Source of the DNA: Ptychomitrium polyphyllum
Lineage: Eukaryota
Reading direction: 5' to 3'
Assembly (NCBI GenBank): GCA_973851085.1
Contig: OZ316775.1
Coordinates: forward strand, 10,230,001-10,294,000
DNA: 64,000 nucleotides
Part shown: in pieces, positions 1 through 12,829 of the stretch
Layout: every line of letters starts with the position of its first letter
Numbering within the stretch: position 1 is the first letter of the stretch
Translations under genes and position numbers: made by a program
The notes under the pieces: model-generated
Told to the model about the DNA's origin: nothing
Databases searched by the model: none
Seen by the model: the letters and a program-made list of their open reading frames with translations, nothing else

Positions 1-1101
1 TAACGGTAGGCTATCTACCAGATGCAGACATGGAGGTAAGCTTCTTGTTAAAAGAACATTAGAACCAGCCAAGTGCTTGGAGATTTTTATTCTGTCATGT
101 CTGAGAGAGCTTGCGTAATTTCAAATATCCAGTGAAGCATATCGTCAATAATTAGTGAATTGCACTCATACCACAAGGTATCCGGTGCTGTATGAAACTA
201 AGCTCGTTGGTGCTACATAAGGTGGTGAAAACTCTCGCTGACAAGAAGGTGAAGATGGTACCTTTCAATCTGAACTACTCTGTGCCTTCGGCGCAATTCT
301 TACTCAACATAACAATGGACGTAGAGACCCTGGCTCACTTCGACCACTGGCAGCGAGCAGGTGAAGATGTTAAATACGAGGACCAGACGGCGTGGCCAGT
401 TGAGCTTCGGCGTACACGCTTTATCTCAGCTGTGGACTACATACAGGTCACAAATTTGTGTGCTTATTCTGGAAACTTCCCATTAATCTGTTGTGTGTGG
501 GTTTTGATCATTCAACAGTTACAATCGCCAATAAGAATAGCCGCAACAATTGAATCTAGTGCAGAAAATATTCAATGCAGAAAAATATTTCAGAATTGCT
601 GACTAAAAGCTCTCCGACTGTACAGGCGCAAAGAGCTCGTGGGAAGTTGGCAAGTGAAGTTATGCACATTATCCAGGAGCAGAAACTAGATGCGTTCATT
701 GGGAATGCAACAGACTGGGAGAAAGTGTGTGTAGGCAACCTTGTGGGCTTGCCAATCATTGTGGTCCCCACAGGCTTGAAAGAGATCAGCGGTACTCGGC
801 GCCGGACTACCATCCAAACTGGCATATACGGTGCTCCCTACCAAGATGGAACGGTATGAACATCTGCCCAACTCAGAGTTTGATATTTTTAACATGTTCT
901 CTAATATTGCTAATCCGTAGTCTAGTTTTCTTTTTGTAGTGACTAGTGTTCAAAAGGTTGAATAACGTTTGAGACTTGTAACTCGATTTGATGTACATCC
1001 AGGTTCTAGCTTTAGCAATGGCATATCAGTCTGTGACAAATCACCATCTGCAGCGTCCTCCTGTTGACAACCTTGACCCTGGAGACTACGCACTTCCCTA
1101 G
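1..1101 (+). CDS. Amidase signature family protein (GatA-like plant amidase), 3' part; gene starts before the window
   Basis: Exons <1-35, 222-446, 626-853, 1003-1101 with GT-AG introns in consistent phase. Peptide includes WPVELRRTRFISAVDYIQAQRARG, GNLVGLPIIVVPTG and VLALAMAYQSVTNHHLQRPP*, typical of the amidase C-terminus. Confidence 0.85.
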
Positions 1102-1725
1102 CCAGCTTTTCACTACGCACAAAGAAAGACCTTTCGTAGGAATCATATTGTATCTGTTTGCATTCACAAGAATTAAAAAGATACTATTACAACCAGAGTG
1201 TGCAGAATCAACCTATGCAAGGAGTGAACGATAGTTAGCATATTCATCTCTTGTATGCCTGTGGATGCTGCTGGTTGTGTTGTGCCGACCCATGGGCTGA
1301 ACTCCGAAGCTTTCTCCACATAACCTACGAACATCACCAAAACTACGCCCTTGTCAGCAGATCAGAGCCCTCAGGGCAACACGAATCACCAGGGGGACAC
1401 CCCATGCTAGCCTCCTTGAACAGAAACCACCTTTGCACGTACAGCACAACAGGATCTTCCTCATGCGGGCGCTTGCTCTTCCAGGCCGTCTTTGAAGCTG
1501 TCGTCAAGATGCACCAGCTATGTGTCTAGTAGAGTAAAGGGGATTTATTGTGTCATTTCATTCGTTGGTTTGCAGAGCAAGCTTTGTGTTTGCAATTACA
1601 TTGACCCTGCCAGGGCAGCGATGTAGATTGTCCAAGACAAATGCTAGCATTCATAAGTGTATAACAACGTGAGGTAGAGGATGCAACGAAGTCGCAGATT
1701 TCCTTTACAACCTTGCTGTGTCGGT

Positions 1726-1815
1726 GCACACGAAGACCATGCACACCAAGACCATGCACACGAAGACCATGCACACGAAGACCATGCACACAAAGACCAT
1801 GCACACGAAAACCAT
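1726..1815. repeat. Minisatellite, 6 x 15 bp (GCACACGAAGACCAT)
   Basis: Six units with at most 1 mismatch each. Bracketed by an 11-bp inverted repeat (1717-1727 / 1832-1842). Confidence 0.95.
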
Positions 1816-3788
1816 GTAGATAATATCATGAGCACCGACACACTATAGGTATAGGTGTATGTGTCATACTGATTAAAGGACGGGGTTGATGCGGTCCTCT
1901 CTGACCTCAGGGCTTCCCTCTCCTGTCTCCAACAGGAAAAGCGACTTTTTTCATGTTAGAAAATTTTGCTACGTGATTGGTCAAATATTTTTGAATTCTC
2001 TTCTATGATTTTACACCTTCTTTCGTTGTCATGGGAGAAGTAATTTGAAAATAAATGAATTTTTTTTTTATTGCCGTTGATTTAAAAGGTATTAAACTTT
2101 ATAGCTTTATCTACAATGAATAGCCTTATATTGAAAGAAAATTATGACATGATAATAATTTTTAAAGATTCTTGTCAAATTTTGTTATTAAATTTTTTTC
2201 TATATAAAATATGTATAAATATATATTATATTAAAATCTATAAATAACATTAATAATATTTAGTATATTTGAATTTTATTTGTAATTGTTAAAGGTTTGA
2301 TTTTAAATAGCATTAAAGATTTTGATCAATAATGTATAAGCAATTTTGATTTATGCAATGCCATCATTTATCATTTTAAGTACAATTCCTTTATTTGGAA
2401 GTTTATTATTTTATCTATTTATTTTTATTTAATTGAAATGATATAAAAAAACCTTGGTATCAATAAATAAACATAAAGTTGTCTTTGTTCATTATATTTG
2501 TAATGTAATACATATAATATTTATACTTTTATTGTAATGTTATTCCATTTGAAAATAGATTATTGTAATAAAAATAAAATTTTACTTATACTTTTTAATT
2601 TATGATCAATGATGTAATTGAATGAAAATTAAATTAGTTGTATAATAATTTTGATAGAATAATTGTCAAGGTGTGCTCTTAAAGAATGGCTTTTTTATTT
2701 TTAGTTAAAAATGAACAATATTCAAATACTATAAAATACAAAGATTTAAGAAATCATTTTAGCTCACTTTAAAAACATAAGAAGTTGAATGTAAAACTTA
2801 CAAATTCTACCATTTCTAAAAATACTTTAATCTTGAGAATGAATTTTTTTTAAAACAACTTGAATATCATCCAAGTAACGTATAACTATGAACTAATATT
2901 ACTAGAGCATCAAAACACATAATGCGAGTACTGATGCATAATTATTCTATAAACATTCTCGGAATACATACCTACTCGTAGGTCCTAATTTAAGAACGTG
3001 AAAGAATTATGGAGATTCCTGGAGGACAGCCCCCGGGGCAGTCTGAGGACCACGAATATTTCCCCAAATCAGCCGAAATCGGTCATCTTAGGTTCAAAGA
3101 AGAGACATGGGAAGCCCATAATCGTAGACTCTGAAACATCCTGGTGGCGCCAGTTTCATAGAGCCCGCCCACCACATCCAGGACATCCCCAAATTGTCAC
3201 ATCATTCTCGACCGAGTAACACCTGTGCCTCAGCCGGGAAGTGGAGTCCCCGAGACTCCTCGTGCAGGTGAGCTGAATGGGTACAAGCATGCTATCATAC
3301 CAGTATCGGACAAGTATGAACTGTGCATAAGGCCTAGTATATCCCGAGTATCGACTGGGTATCAGTGGACTAGGGGAGCCTCCGAGACTTCTTTGTATTT
3401 GCAAAGGAGCTCCTCTGTCATTCTGGCTATGGCTTGACGCTGTTACCACTTTTCAGCGACCTCGTGCTGCATCGCCTTCGACTCTGCGCAATTTGTCTTC
3501 GTCTTCGTCTTTCCTGCTGAAGATAACAACACATTCACCTACGTGAGAGAATCTATTCTCGAGTTTGCATTATATAATTGCGTTTTAGTGAGGTGATGCT
3601 CTTAAGGCTTCTTGAAGTGCGGTACTGCTTCTCTAGATTTCTTGAATTTCCCTGTCGTGAGCGCATTTTTCTTTGAGATGTCATTAAGGGTGCAGATGCT
3701 TATGCTTGTGCTTGAGCAGGATTGTATGCTGCGTCGATTTGAATAATAACCGATTCCTTCAAGGGGTAACTGGAGGAAACTAGTTACG

Positions 3789-6700
3789 ATGTTTTACTCG
3801 CACCAATTGCTGAGCAGGAAGCATCCGATGGGACAGATATGGTGAGTACTACTGCCTTCTTCAAGATTGTTGCATTTTCTCTCTACTCTGCGCTTAACCT
3901 GTTCCTGGAATGCACCTCAATCCAGAAAATATTTAGCAGGGCGTGACCATGTGCACGAATTAGGATCGCGGCTCACAATTTGATAGCATATTAGCAACAA
4001 GTTGCCTGGAATTGCTACGAACAATGTGATTTGAACGAAGCGATTATTCAAATGTTGTTCTAATATTTGCATTGATGTCTGCTTGAAATGCCCCAACCAT
4101 CAGGATCGCAGCAACGATTCGTGCTAGTATCAACAGGAAGAAGGCAGCCAAAATTAATATAGAACAGATATGGTAAGAGAGTCATTGCACTTCTTTTATG
4201 ATCACATCCCCGTTACGTTAAGAAACGCTCGGTGAATTGTCTCGCAAACTTTTGTTAAATTAAGGCTCAGAGAGGCCGTTTGTGTATTTTCCGATCCTTC
4301 GTGGCCACAGATCCTTTTAGTTCAACTCATATTGGAGCCTCTTTTCCAGCAAGCAGATTCTTAATCCTCCCGTCCCGCTCGCTCTTCGACTCACAGGAAT
4401 CCTCATGGGTGAGTACAATCTCCCTTAACAGGACCACAGGCAGTTGATGTTCACGCGTGTGCAAGGCAGTGAAATTGGATAAACTGCTTGCAAGAACTGT
4501 GAATTGAAATCTTACTGTGGCGGAGAGGGGATTACCAGTGTCTCTCCGGAAGTTATTGGAAGACTTGTCGTCAGTGGTGAATGTGCTGAAGTATGCAACA
4601 TGTTTGATGTTCTGCAGGAGGAATTGTGCATATCTACGACCGGAAAGTGTATTTCCTGTATGGTGAGAATCAGTATCTTTTAAATCTCAGCAATTCTGTT
4701 CGATTGTTGTTAGCTTTCTTTGAGGTCAGTCTTCTTAACAATCATGTGCACTGTACTGCGTTCAAAATATATTCCTCCGATTGCAGGTTTCTGTTTGATG
4801 CGCTCTGTAATCAGATGTTGCATCGTTCAATGATTAAATCCTTGTATAAGTACTGGAATAGCTAGGAGATGATTGCAGCCAATCTTTATAGATGTCTTCA
4901 CAGTGAATATCTTCGCCAGCTTACATTCATGCCTTTTCCATTGTGTTATTCTCGTGACACAACGGCGGGTTATCAACGATTTGCAGAGGACTTGAACGCG
5001 TTTCTCGTACGTAAAGTTCCCTCTCAACCACCTGAATAAGAAACACAAAATCTCCTGTAAATTTTTGTTCGCATTTCCATCAAGAGGTTCACGACCACCT
5101 TTCCTCTTATTTGCACAAAAGTTTGTAAGTGACAACATCGCGTGCTTGTCTGGAGTCGCAGATGAAGATCAGAGTAGACGCGACCCGAAAACATGTGGAT
5201 CGCACCACACTCCCAAAGCGAAAATACCGTGCAAAGTAAGATGGAATCTCATTCTCTTTCCTCGATTAGCTAACGGTAACGTTGACATTGTGGAAGACTG
5301 ATCCTTATAGGAGTTCATGTAGGGTTGGTTTATATACCGTTTATTTACACGCTTAGCCTCTGTAAAGAAAAGACAAAAGAAGAAATATGTAAAATTCCGG
5401 GTCGAAGTGCTGCAACAAATAATTGAGAAATATACCGTTGCAGACAGTAATGTTTTTGTATCGTATCGTTCAGATACGAGAACATTACAATGGCGTCCGA
5501 CAGATTTCAGATCTCAGAGAACATCGAACGGCCTATGAGACTGTCATCCGTTCCTCAGCAAGAAGACGAAAATACTTTGGTAAGCAAACAGGACTGTCAA
5601 CGTCTTTCGCACGCGGCAGTAGTAACTACATCCCTCGAAAATTAGTTCAGCTTGTGAAGAGGTTTTCGCTCCCATTCTGCATTGTTCGACTTGAATAACG
5701 GCGATTCAGGAGCGCGATCAAATCACCTGATCCCTCCGGTTTTCCAGATTTAGCAACGAGTTTTTAGAAAGATAAGTGACAAAGAAGTCGCGGGCTGTCT
5801 AAACTGCAATTGTCTCTAAAGTGAAGTGACTGTTTCGTAAACAGGAAGAGACTTTCTTCGTCTTTCCTGAAGCAGGCAATGCTGAATACATTGAGGACAA
5901 CTCTCTTCCTCAAGACCACTTTCAGGGTAAAGGATTATCGCCTTTATCTCGCTATCTTAGGAGATATATATAGGAGCACATTTGAGTGCAAACGTTTTAG
6001 CTTTATGATTCCCTAGTACACAACTAATGTGATAGACCTCTGTCCTTGAATTCTTCACATGCCTCTGCAACTCTTCAAAGCATTTGAATTGAACTTAAAC
6101 GGTGATCACTGTTGCGCAGCTGCCATTGAAGACATAACTTTGCAGGACGATCCTCCCTATTCACCTCTTAGTGTGGGCGGACTACGCAAGTATATATGCC
6201 ATTCTCTTCTTCAAACAATTTGGCCATCTGCAGTCCTGATTTGTATAAAGTCGTGTTGACTTTTAGGAAACTGCTTAGTACTGACTTCATTTCGTACTTG
6301 TCTGTCGCGTTGGAAAGCAGAAGTGGATCAACAATGTCTGCGGCCAGTATTCTGGAACCTATGGATGATTTCTTGCCAGAATTTCAGCTTCCAGGACAGG
6401 GATTCACTCCCGAAGTTGGCCCAGCGGAGGACTGCGTGCCGGATTTCATAATACCAGGTCACTTAGCGCAACAGTATTATTTCTGAAATTAAGTGTTGAA
6501 TCTTGACACTCTGTGAATGGTGCTTCGCCTAGTCCTTGACTATCATCTCCACAGTTGACAGACCGTATTCAAAAGCTTTCTACTTGCATGCTGCTACAAC
6601 ATCTTCTTCAATGTTTCTCTGCTAACTCCTTCGATATTCTATGGTAACGTCTCCTTCGCGACAGAATTTCTGTCTGAACTCTTCCAATGACTCTGGTTAA

Positions 6701-9700
6701 CTCTGATGTGTTACTCAGATAATATTCCACACGACCTTTCTGGTGCACTGCACACGATTTTTGAGGAGCAGCTGCCTGAGCCTGAAATCAATCAAAACAA
6801 TGTAATTTTGGTGAACTGTCCTTTCCTTTATATTCCGCTAGCAGATCAGTTTTTAATATTATAAAATTCCTACGGATTTGATTAGAAAGTTCTCGAATTT
6901 CATAGTATATATAATTGCTTTAGCAGGCAGGGGCAGACAGCTCTCAACCCAAACGGGAGAACGGATCGGCACGGAGGGACACATCCATTAGAAAAAGAAA
7001 AGCTCGAGTGCTGATGTATGATGAAGCCACCACTGAACTATCAAAGAAGATGTTCGCTGCATGGCTTGAGGATAGATCTGACATTCTCGGTGGTCAATTT
7101 GTGAGGAAGGTTCGCTAATACAACCCACCTTTAGTAATTTCGTGATGCATATTTTGCCAATTAAGTGCCCAGGTGCTGCTTGATATAATTTGAGAGCTTG
7201 CAGATGGATTAGCTGGCTGATGTGGGAGAAATCTGTCAAACAGGTTGAGAAGACGAACAAGCAGCGCGCGCTAGCAGTCCAGCAGAATTGGACCCTTCCA
7301 TCGGTTTGTGTGTTCTTGAATGTGAAACAGCGACCGGAACCTGCTTGGGCTCCACCGCTGCAGGAGATGTGGCGCTTATCCATCTCTACCCCACGCAAAC
7401 CAGAGTCGTGGAAGAGAAAAGGTACGTGCTGCTGTGGTTCCTCGATGATTTACAATGAGAAGCTAGTCTTGTGCCAATTAGATTTCCGAAGGTCAAGATT
7501 ATCAGGCAGCGATCTTTTAGACTGATTTTTAGATCAGGCATGGTTAGTGCTGGCAAAGTGATCGATGCGTTCACAATTGAGGAATTTCACTTTGTTGACA
7601 TATGCTCTGTAGTCGGTCATTCAATTTCTTTAATTTGCAGGTTTTCTTGTCAATTGAAACTCGACGCTACCAACTTCTGTAATAGGCAGATTCTCTCAAC
7701 ACAGACGAGTCTTGATTCAGCCCCAACATTGCTTCTCACTTAATAACACTATGTAAAAAGAATGTGTTCATTTGGGACTGTATGTAAATGATCACCTTGG
7801 AATCTGACAAAAAAGGTGTGTGGTGTAGCTCACTCCGATAACCCAGCCACATCACTACCTTTCAGCGACTCGAAGCAAAACTCTCCAATGGAAACAAATT
7901 ATCCCCTGGAACTAGATGTCCCTGTCGGTACGGATTTTCCTCTGGAGACAGACTCACGAATGGAATCTGAAGATGTAAGTTGCACGTATCCTCTGATAGA
8001 AATTGAAAGAGAATTTAGCGTATGTCTTATCTGGCTTTAGACCTTCATTCTTAACCAGGATGCGTTAACGAAATTCATAATGTTTCTTTCACATATTTCG
8101 GCATGGGCACACCAGCTCCCTCAGTCTCCTCCACAGAGTTTAGGTTCTGTGGAAAAGCTTCGAGCAGCACTACAAACGCCTAGCACTGGCAGCCACGAGG
8201 ACATCTTCGGAAATAAACTCGGTCTCCGAACACCAGCTCTCTTTGGTAAGCTTTCCTAAGCAATCTTTAATCTAATTAATACAGGTCATAAGTAATCAAG
8301 AGCAAGCATATTTCATTCATGTTACTTCATATGCATGATTTTGACGTACTCAACTTTATCTGTGAAAAACTTGAACCCGTTACAGCCCTCCTGAATCTTA
8401 GGTGCTTGTGCAGCCCCTCTCAATACGGGTGGATCTTCAAAGCGCTCGATGTCAGCATCCCATGGAGGGAGCCTGTCATATGATAGTGAGGGAGAACCTC
8501 CTACATCTGGAAAGTAAGCGCATTTAAGAGACGAATTGTTTTCCACTTCTTCATCATATCTGTGTACGTAAGAGAACTACCAGCATCATAATAACCAGTT
8601 ATAACTTGGGGACGTTTTTTAATGGATGCGTCACAACTACTTGATATTTACAGGTCAAGGAAAAGGCATAGCTCCATAAAGGGTGTGAGAAGAAGCATGT
8701 CTCCTATCTCAGGCGAGCTGCCGGAGCTGAATTTCATACCTCGCAGAGCATCTGACAAATCTGATATGATTGAGTACTTTGCCAGTGGTGACTTCCAAGC
8801 TGGCATCCTCACACAATCTCGTAAGTTTTATGCAGTAGTCTTAGTTTATGTCCAGTTTCTGTTTTGCTATCATGTTAAGTCTATCCGGATGTGCACGACG
8901 TGAGAGCTAAAGTTTAAAGGGAAATCGTATTTACAGGCTCTGATGGTTTTCGTTTTAGCATATCATTTGTGTACTGATTCCTGTATGAAATTTCGTTACC
9001 AGAGCTACTAGAAGATACCAGTGGTTCCACGCAGAAACCGATGCCAGCAGACTCCATCAATACCACGACCATTGTCTTGGCTAAGTAAGATAATACTCCT
9101 CCTGCAAAGTCGACATGGTAAACTTGTTATTTGTCTGGAGATATGATCTACGACCCCTTCTAAACTTGATTTACTTGCTAAATTTTAGGTTTCATTAATG
9201 TGTTAACTTCACATGTTTATAAAATTCTAGGTTTTAAGTCGTCCATAGAGGCTTGGAAACATACTTAATGAATTTGGTCATGAAGTACAGGGATGAATGA
9301 GGTGATGGCTAGAGAATCACTTTTACACACAAAAAATTAGTTGGTGATTTTTCTGGAGTAGACGATAAATCACACTCATGCCACGGCACCAAATCGCTTA
9401 TTAGAATACCGATTTCAGCGTCAGTGTGCAAGTACCAATTAAAATAGTTTCTTGAAAATCGCAGACTGCTACGGGAGCATTTCAATAAGCTGAAAGCCGC
9501 TGACATTTCTGAGGCGTCCACATTCAAACTAACGTCTCGACTTGATAAGACCCAGGCAGCCAGAATGTTCTATCAAATCTGTGGTGAGTACATCGCACTA
9601 TCTTTTAGTATATAAGAACTTTCTCCAGTTTAAATTACTGTCTGGCTCAATTTTGGACAAAGACTGATCGTGCTAGCCTCAGAAATCTCATCGTGGATAG

Positions 9701-9972
9701 GCTAGCGTCATGCATTATTTTCTAGTACATGCACATTAACTAAGTAAGCTTGGAGTTGAGCAAAGTGAATGCTTGAAATGGAGTCATTGTGATCTTCTGT
9801 GGTTTAATGCTATTAGCATTTTACGTTTATAACCGGTCCCTGTCTCCTAGACGAAACCTGACCATAAATTTCTGTACTAAATCTTCCAGTGTTGGCTTCG
9901 AATGAATCGATCACCTTAAAGCAAGTAGAGCCCTATGGAGACATCATTCTAAAGCGCGGTGTGACACTCTGA
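3789..9972 (+). CDS. REC8: Meiotic alpha-kleisin cohesin subunit REC8/SYN1 (Rad21/Rec8 family), about 661 aa
   Basis: 20 phase-consistent exons: 3789-3841, 4104-4172, 4350-4408, 4618-4662, 4987-5006, 5162-5235, 5474-5579, 5845-5926, 6120-6189, 6321-6457, 6719-6801, 6927-7109, 7244-7421, 7829-7974, 8116-8245, 8414-8513, 8654-8820, 9003-9084, 9465-9583, 9890-9972. N-terminus MFYSHQLLSRKHPMGQIWIAATI...ILNPPVPLALRLTGILMGGIVHIYDRKV is SYN1-type. C-terminal winged helix reads QAARMFYQICVLAS...QVEPYGDIIL. Confidence 0.93.
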
Positions 9973-10076
9973 GTATTCTGTACGTCGGCTCATATAAGGT
10001 CAACATGAAGAACGACCTTCGCATCTCAATCAGGATGCGCCCACTGCTCTCACAGAACATGTCTACTCAGCGATCA

Positions 10077-10155
10077 GGTTCTGTTTTTCACGCTAGCATG
10101 AACGACGAGACGTCTCAATCAGGATGTCCGTAGCACTAGCGTGAAAAACAGAACC
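10077..10155. repeat. Perfect 20-bp inverted repeat (hairpin) just downstream of the REC8 stop
   Basis: GGTTCTGTTTTTCACGCTAG (10077-10096) and CTAGCGTGAAAAACAGAACC (10136-10155), with a 39-nt loop. Confidence 0.9.
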
Positions 10156-11749
10156 AAAAAGCTTACCGGACAAAACATTATTCCCTGGCCTTGCAATTTC
10201 GTTGAACCAGACGGTCAATCGCGAGAATGAATGCGTTAGTTGTCTTTTAGAATCGGTTTTCCATGAGTGAGCAATTGCCCACTCATTCTTTTAGCTGCAA
10301 GTGAACTCATCCCAGCACCAACTTTGAAGTCCTTAAAAGGCGTGAAACCTGCTTGATTGTACTGCCATCCAGAATATGGCCATGCCAACACTCTAGCAAG
10401 CAGTGCACACCATTGGGGAACATTCCAATCTCGGTGAAAGGACTGACAAACATTTGTCCATATCCTGCTGTTTCATGACATCACATAATCATGTCTCTTG
10501 CGAGAATGACGAGCAGGACTGTCGGATGTGTGTGGACGGTGGACTCGTGGCGCTTGAGCGTTGCATTTCACACCAATACAGGGGAGAAAAGAACGGAGAA
10601 GGAAGGAACCCTTAACCGTCGCCCTTTCCGATCCGACAACAAAGACGAAGTCCTCAGTTGCCAGCCCCATCGCTTCACTTCACACGGCACCCGCATCCAC
10701 TAACTTCGCCTTGTTGCTGGCAGCCTGCCAGCAAACTAATCACCTGCCATTAAAAGACATGGACCTTAGAAGACGTGCATGAATCCCCGGTACACAGGGA
10801 CAGATATAGTGATGAACACAGCCGAATCCCATAAACAGGTCTACCATACCTCTGCAGGCTCTTCTATATTGTACGCAACAGACTCCTGAAAATGCCACAA
10901 ACATTTGAAAACAGGAAACGTGGCAAAATGTGCAGAGTCACCTTCTCTCAGCAGATGTGGACCAAGTACAAGGGAAAAACACACAACAAGCACATTCGAA
11001 TCTCTCACACAGGTAATCTCTTACAAATTGAGGTCAAGACTTGGGGGTTATTGAACTTGAATGGCTACTCAGTTTTTCTTGCAACTAGAAGCCAAGAGCT
11101 TCAGTCGAATACAGGGTTGGTCTTGACTCCACATGTGACAGACAAAAATCTCTGATCTTTTAAACGTATACCTGCAAGTGAACAGGTCCGGTGACGAGAC
11201 TTCTAAGAGCAACAGTTGTACGTCGTGAATTTTGGTACTGAATTACTAGGTGACAACTGCTTACGAACCGATCGAAAGAACCGAAAACGACTCAAATGTT
11301 TCAAGCAAATGGACTTTGGCATCCTAGTCCTGTTGTGAAGAAGAACCATGCCCCGAAGTCAAAGGTGCACTAGCTGGGCATACTTGCAAGACTTCTGGAA
11401 GCCTTCACGTTCATGTTTTCACAGACAGAACCAAACCGACAATCGATCAAACGTTAAAGCGACACTATGTGTGTATCCTCTCCATGTAAGGATACACACC
11501 CAAAATCGTCACAGACCTCGAAAACCGATTCTGTCTACCACCGGCGTACACCTGTATCTTTAACTCTACAGACGCTCAAGATGATGTCGGCTTCAATGCC
11601 AGTGATGGTTTTGCGTATTAGCCTTCCTTTCAGATTTCAATATCTCGAACGGACATACACGAAACTCAAAGCTTCAGGACACTCAGATCACCAATCTCTA
11701 ACACCAGCTAACACTCACAGTGAAGAAATCTACAAAATCCATAGATAAT

Positions 11750-12240
11750 GGCCGTTTTGAGCACTGTGACGGTGTTGGATATTCATCTCTCTCTGCGAAC
11801 GGTAGGAAAGGGAAATACACGAAGATTCGTGTGATTTTTTCGAACGGGCAGAAAACAGGCTCCAGCCGGTAGTCGACGCCACGTAATGGTCGATATTTGA
11901 ATTCGCGCGCGCGTTGACGCCTCTACCCGGCGAAACGGAAGGTGGGCAGGATTAGGGCTTACTTTCCACCGTCGGGCGAGGCGGCGTTTCCCCGGGTGGC
12001 CCCGTTGCGGCTCAGTCCTTGTGGCTCAGTCTCGCGCTGGCTTGTGGCTATGGCGCTCCTGCCTCTTTTGTTTTGTACTCTGTTGTAGCGGACTTTGCTG
12101 GAGCGAGGCTACACGCTTTGCGTTTCCTGCGTGCTCCGTCTCTTCTGGTTCTTGAGGATTCGTCGCCATTTGGTGCGGTGTGTTGGGGTTGTGAACGTTC
12201 TCTATAGTTTGTCGCCACTTAGGGTTGTGGGGCCGTTAGC
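11750..12240. promoter_or_regulatory. Putative cell-cycle-regulated promoter region of the UVI4/OSD1-like gene
   Basis: AACGG (MSA core) at about 11752, 11798, 11843 and 11934, and CTAACGGCC on the minus strand at 12231-12239. TTTGAA (CHR-like) at 11896-11901 abuts TTCGCGCGCG (E2F-like). Telo-box-like TTAGGGTT at 12219. Confidence 0.45.
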
Positions 12241-12829
12241 AGCCTGTAGTATGTGAATCTGGTCGCATTGGATGTCGGGTTTGTATTCCGGTGCGGAGGC
12301 GAGGATCGGATTGTGTTCGAGGTTTTCGTTGTGAAGAACGGGCGGTTTGAGTTTCGGGTCGTGTCATTGAGAGACGGGAGTTTGGAGAGGTTAGTACTGC
12401 TGTGTTTGGGTTTCGGTGGAGTTCTGTGGGGAGGGAGTATCGAGAGTGTTTCGTCATTTTGGCATGGGAGTTGGGTGAGGAGCTGTTGCTTCTGAGGTTC
12501 ATATCGGATCCACTTCTGTGAATTTTGATTTCTTCGGGTTTTCGGGACGGGACTTTGTTGCGAATTGCGTTCTAGGGGACGAGCAGCGGAAGTTTGTTGG
12601 TGGGAAGTGCAGACGGTGAGGAACTTGGATCGAGAATCATCTGGAGAAGTAGTTTGGGGTTCTTTTAGGCGTTCACGTTGCAGTGCAGGTGAAGGTTCAG
12701 TTGTGGGTACTACTGCATTGGCAGTTTAGTGTAGATTTTGGCATGAAGAGGGGTCAGGTCATTGAGTGGAACCTTGGTCACTGGGGTTGTGAGGTCCAAC
12801 ATCCTATTGCGCCTCCGGAACTGGGGACT

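Noticed and set aside
1251..1529. 92-aa plus-strand ORF and minus-strand frames
   Set aside because: Non-ATG start, no recognisable motif and no supporting exon structure.
1553..1841. Minus-strand ORFs with (HGLRV)n and (CAWSS)n repeats
   Set aside because: By-products of the stop-free 15-bp array, with non-ATG starts.
2998..3449. Three short overlapping ORFs upstream of REC8
   Set aside because: No recognisable family; more likely promoter or 5' UTR.
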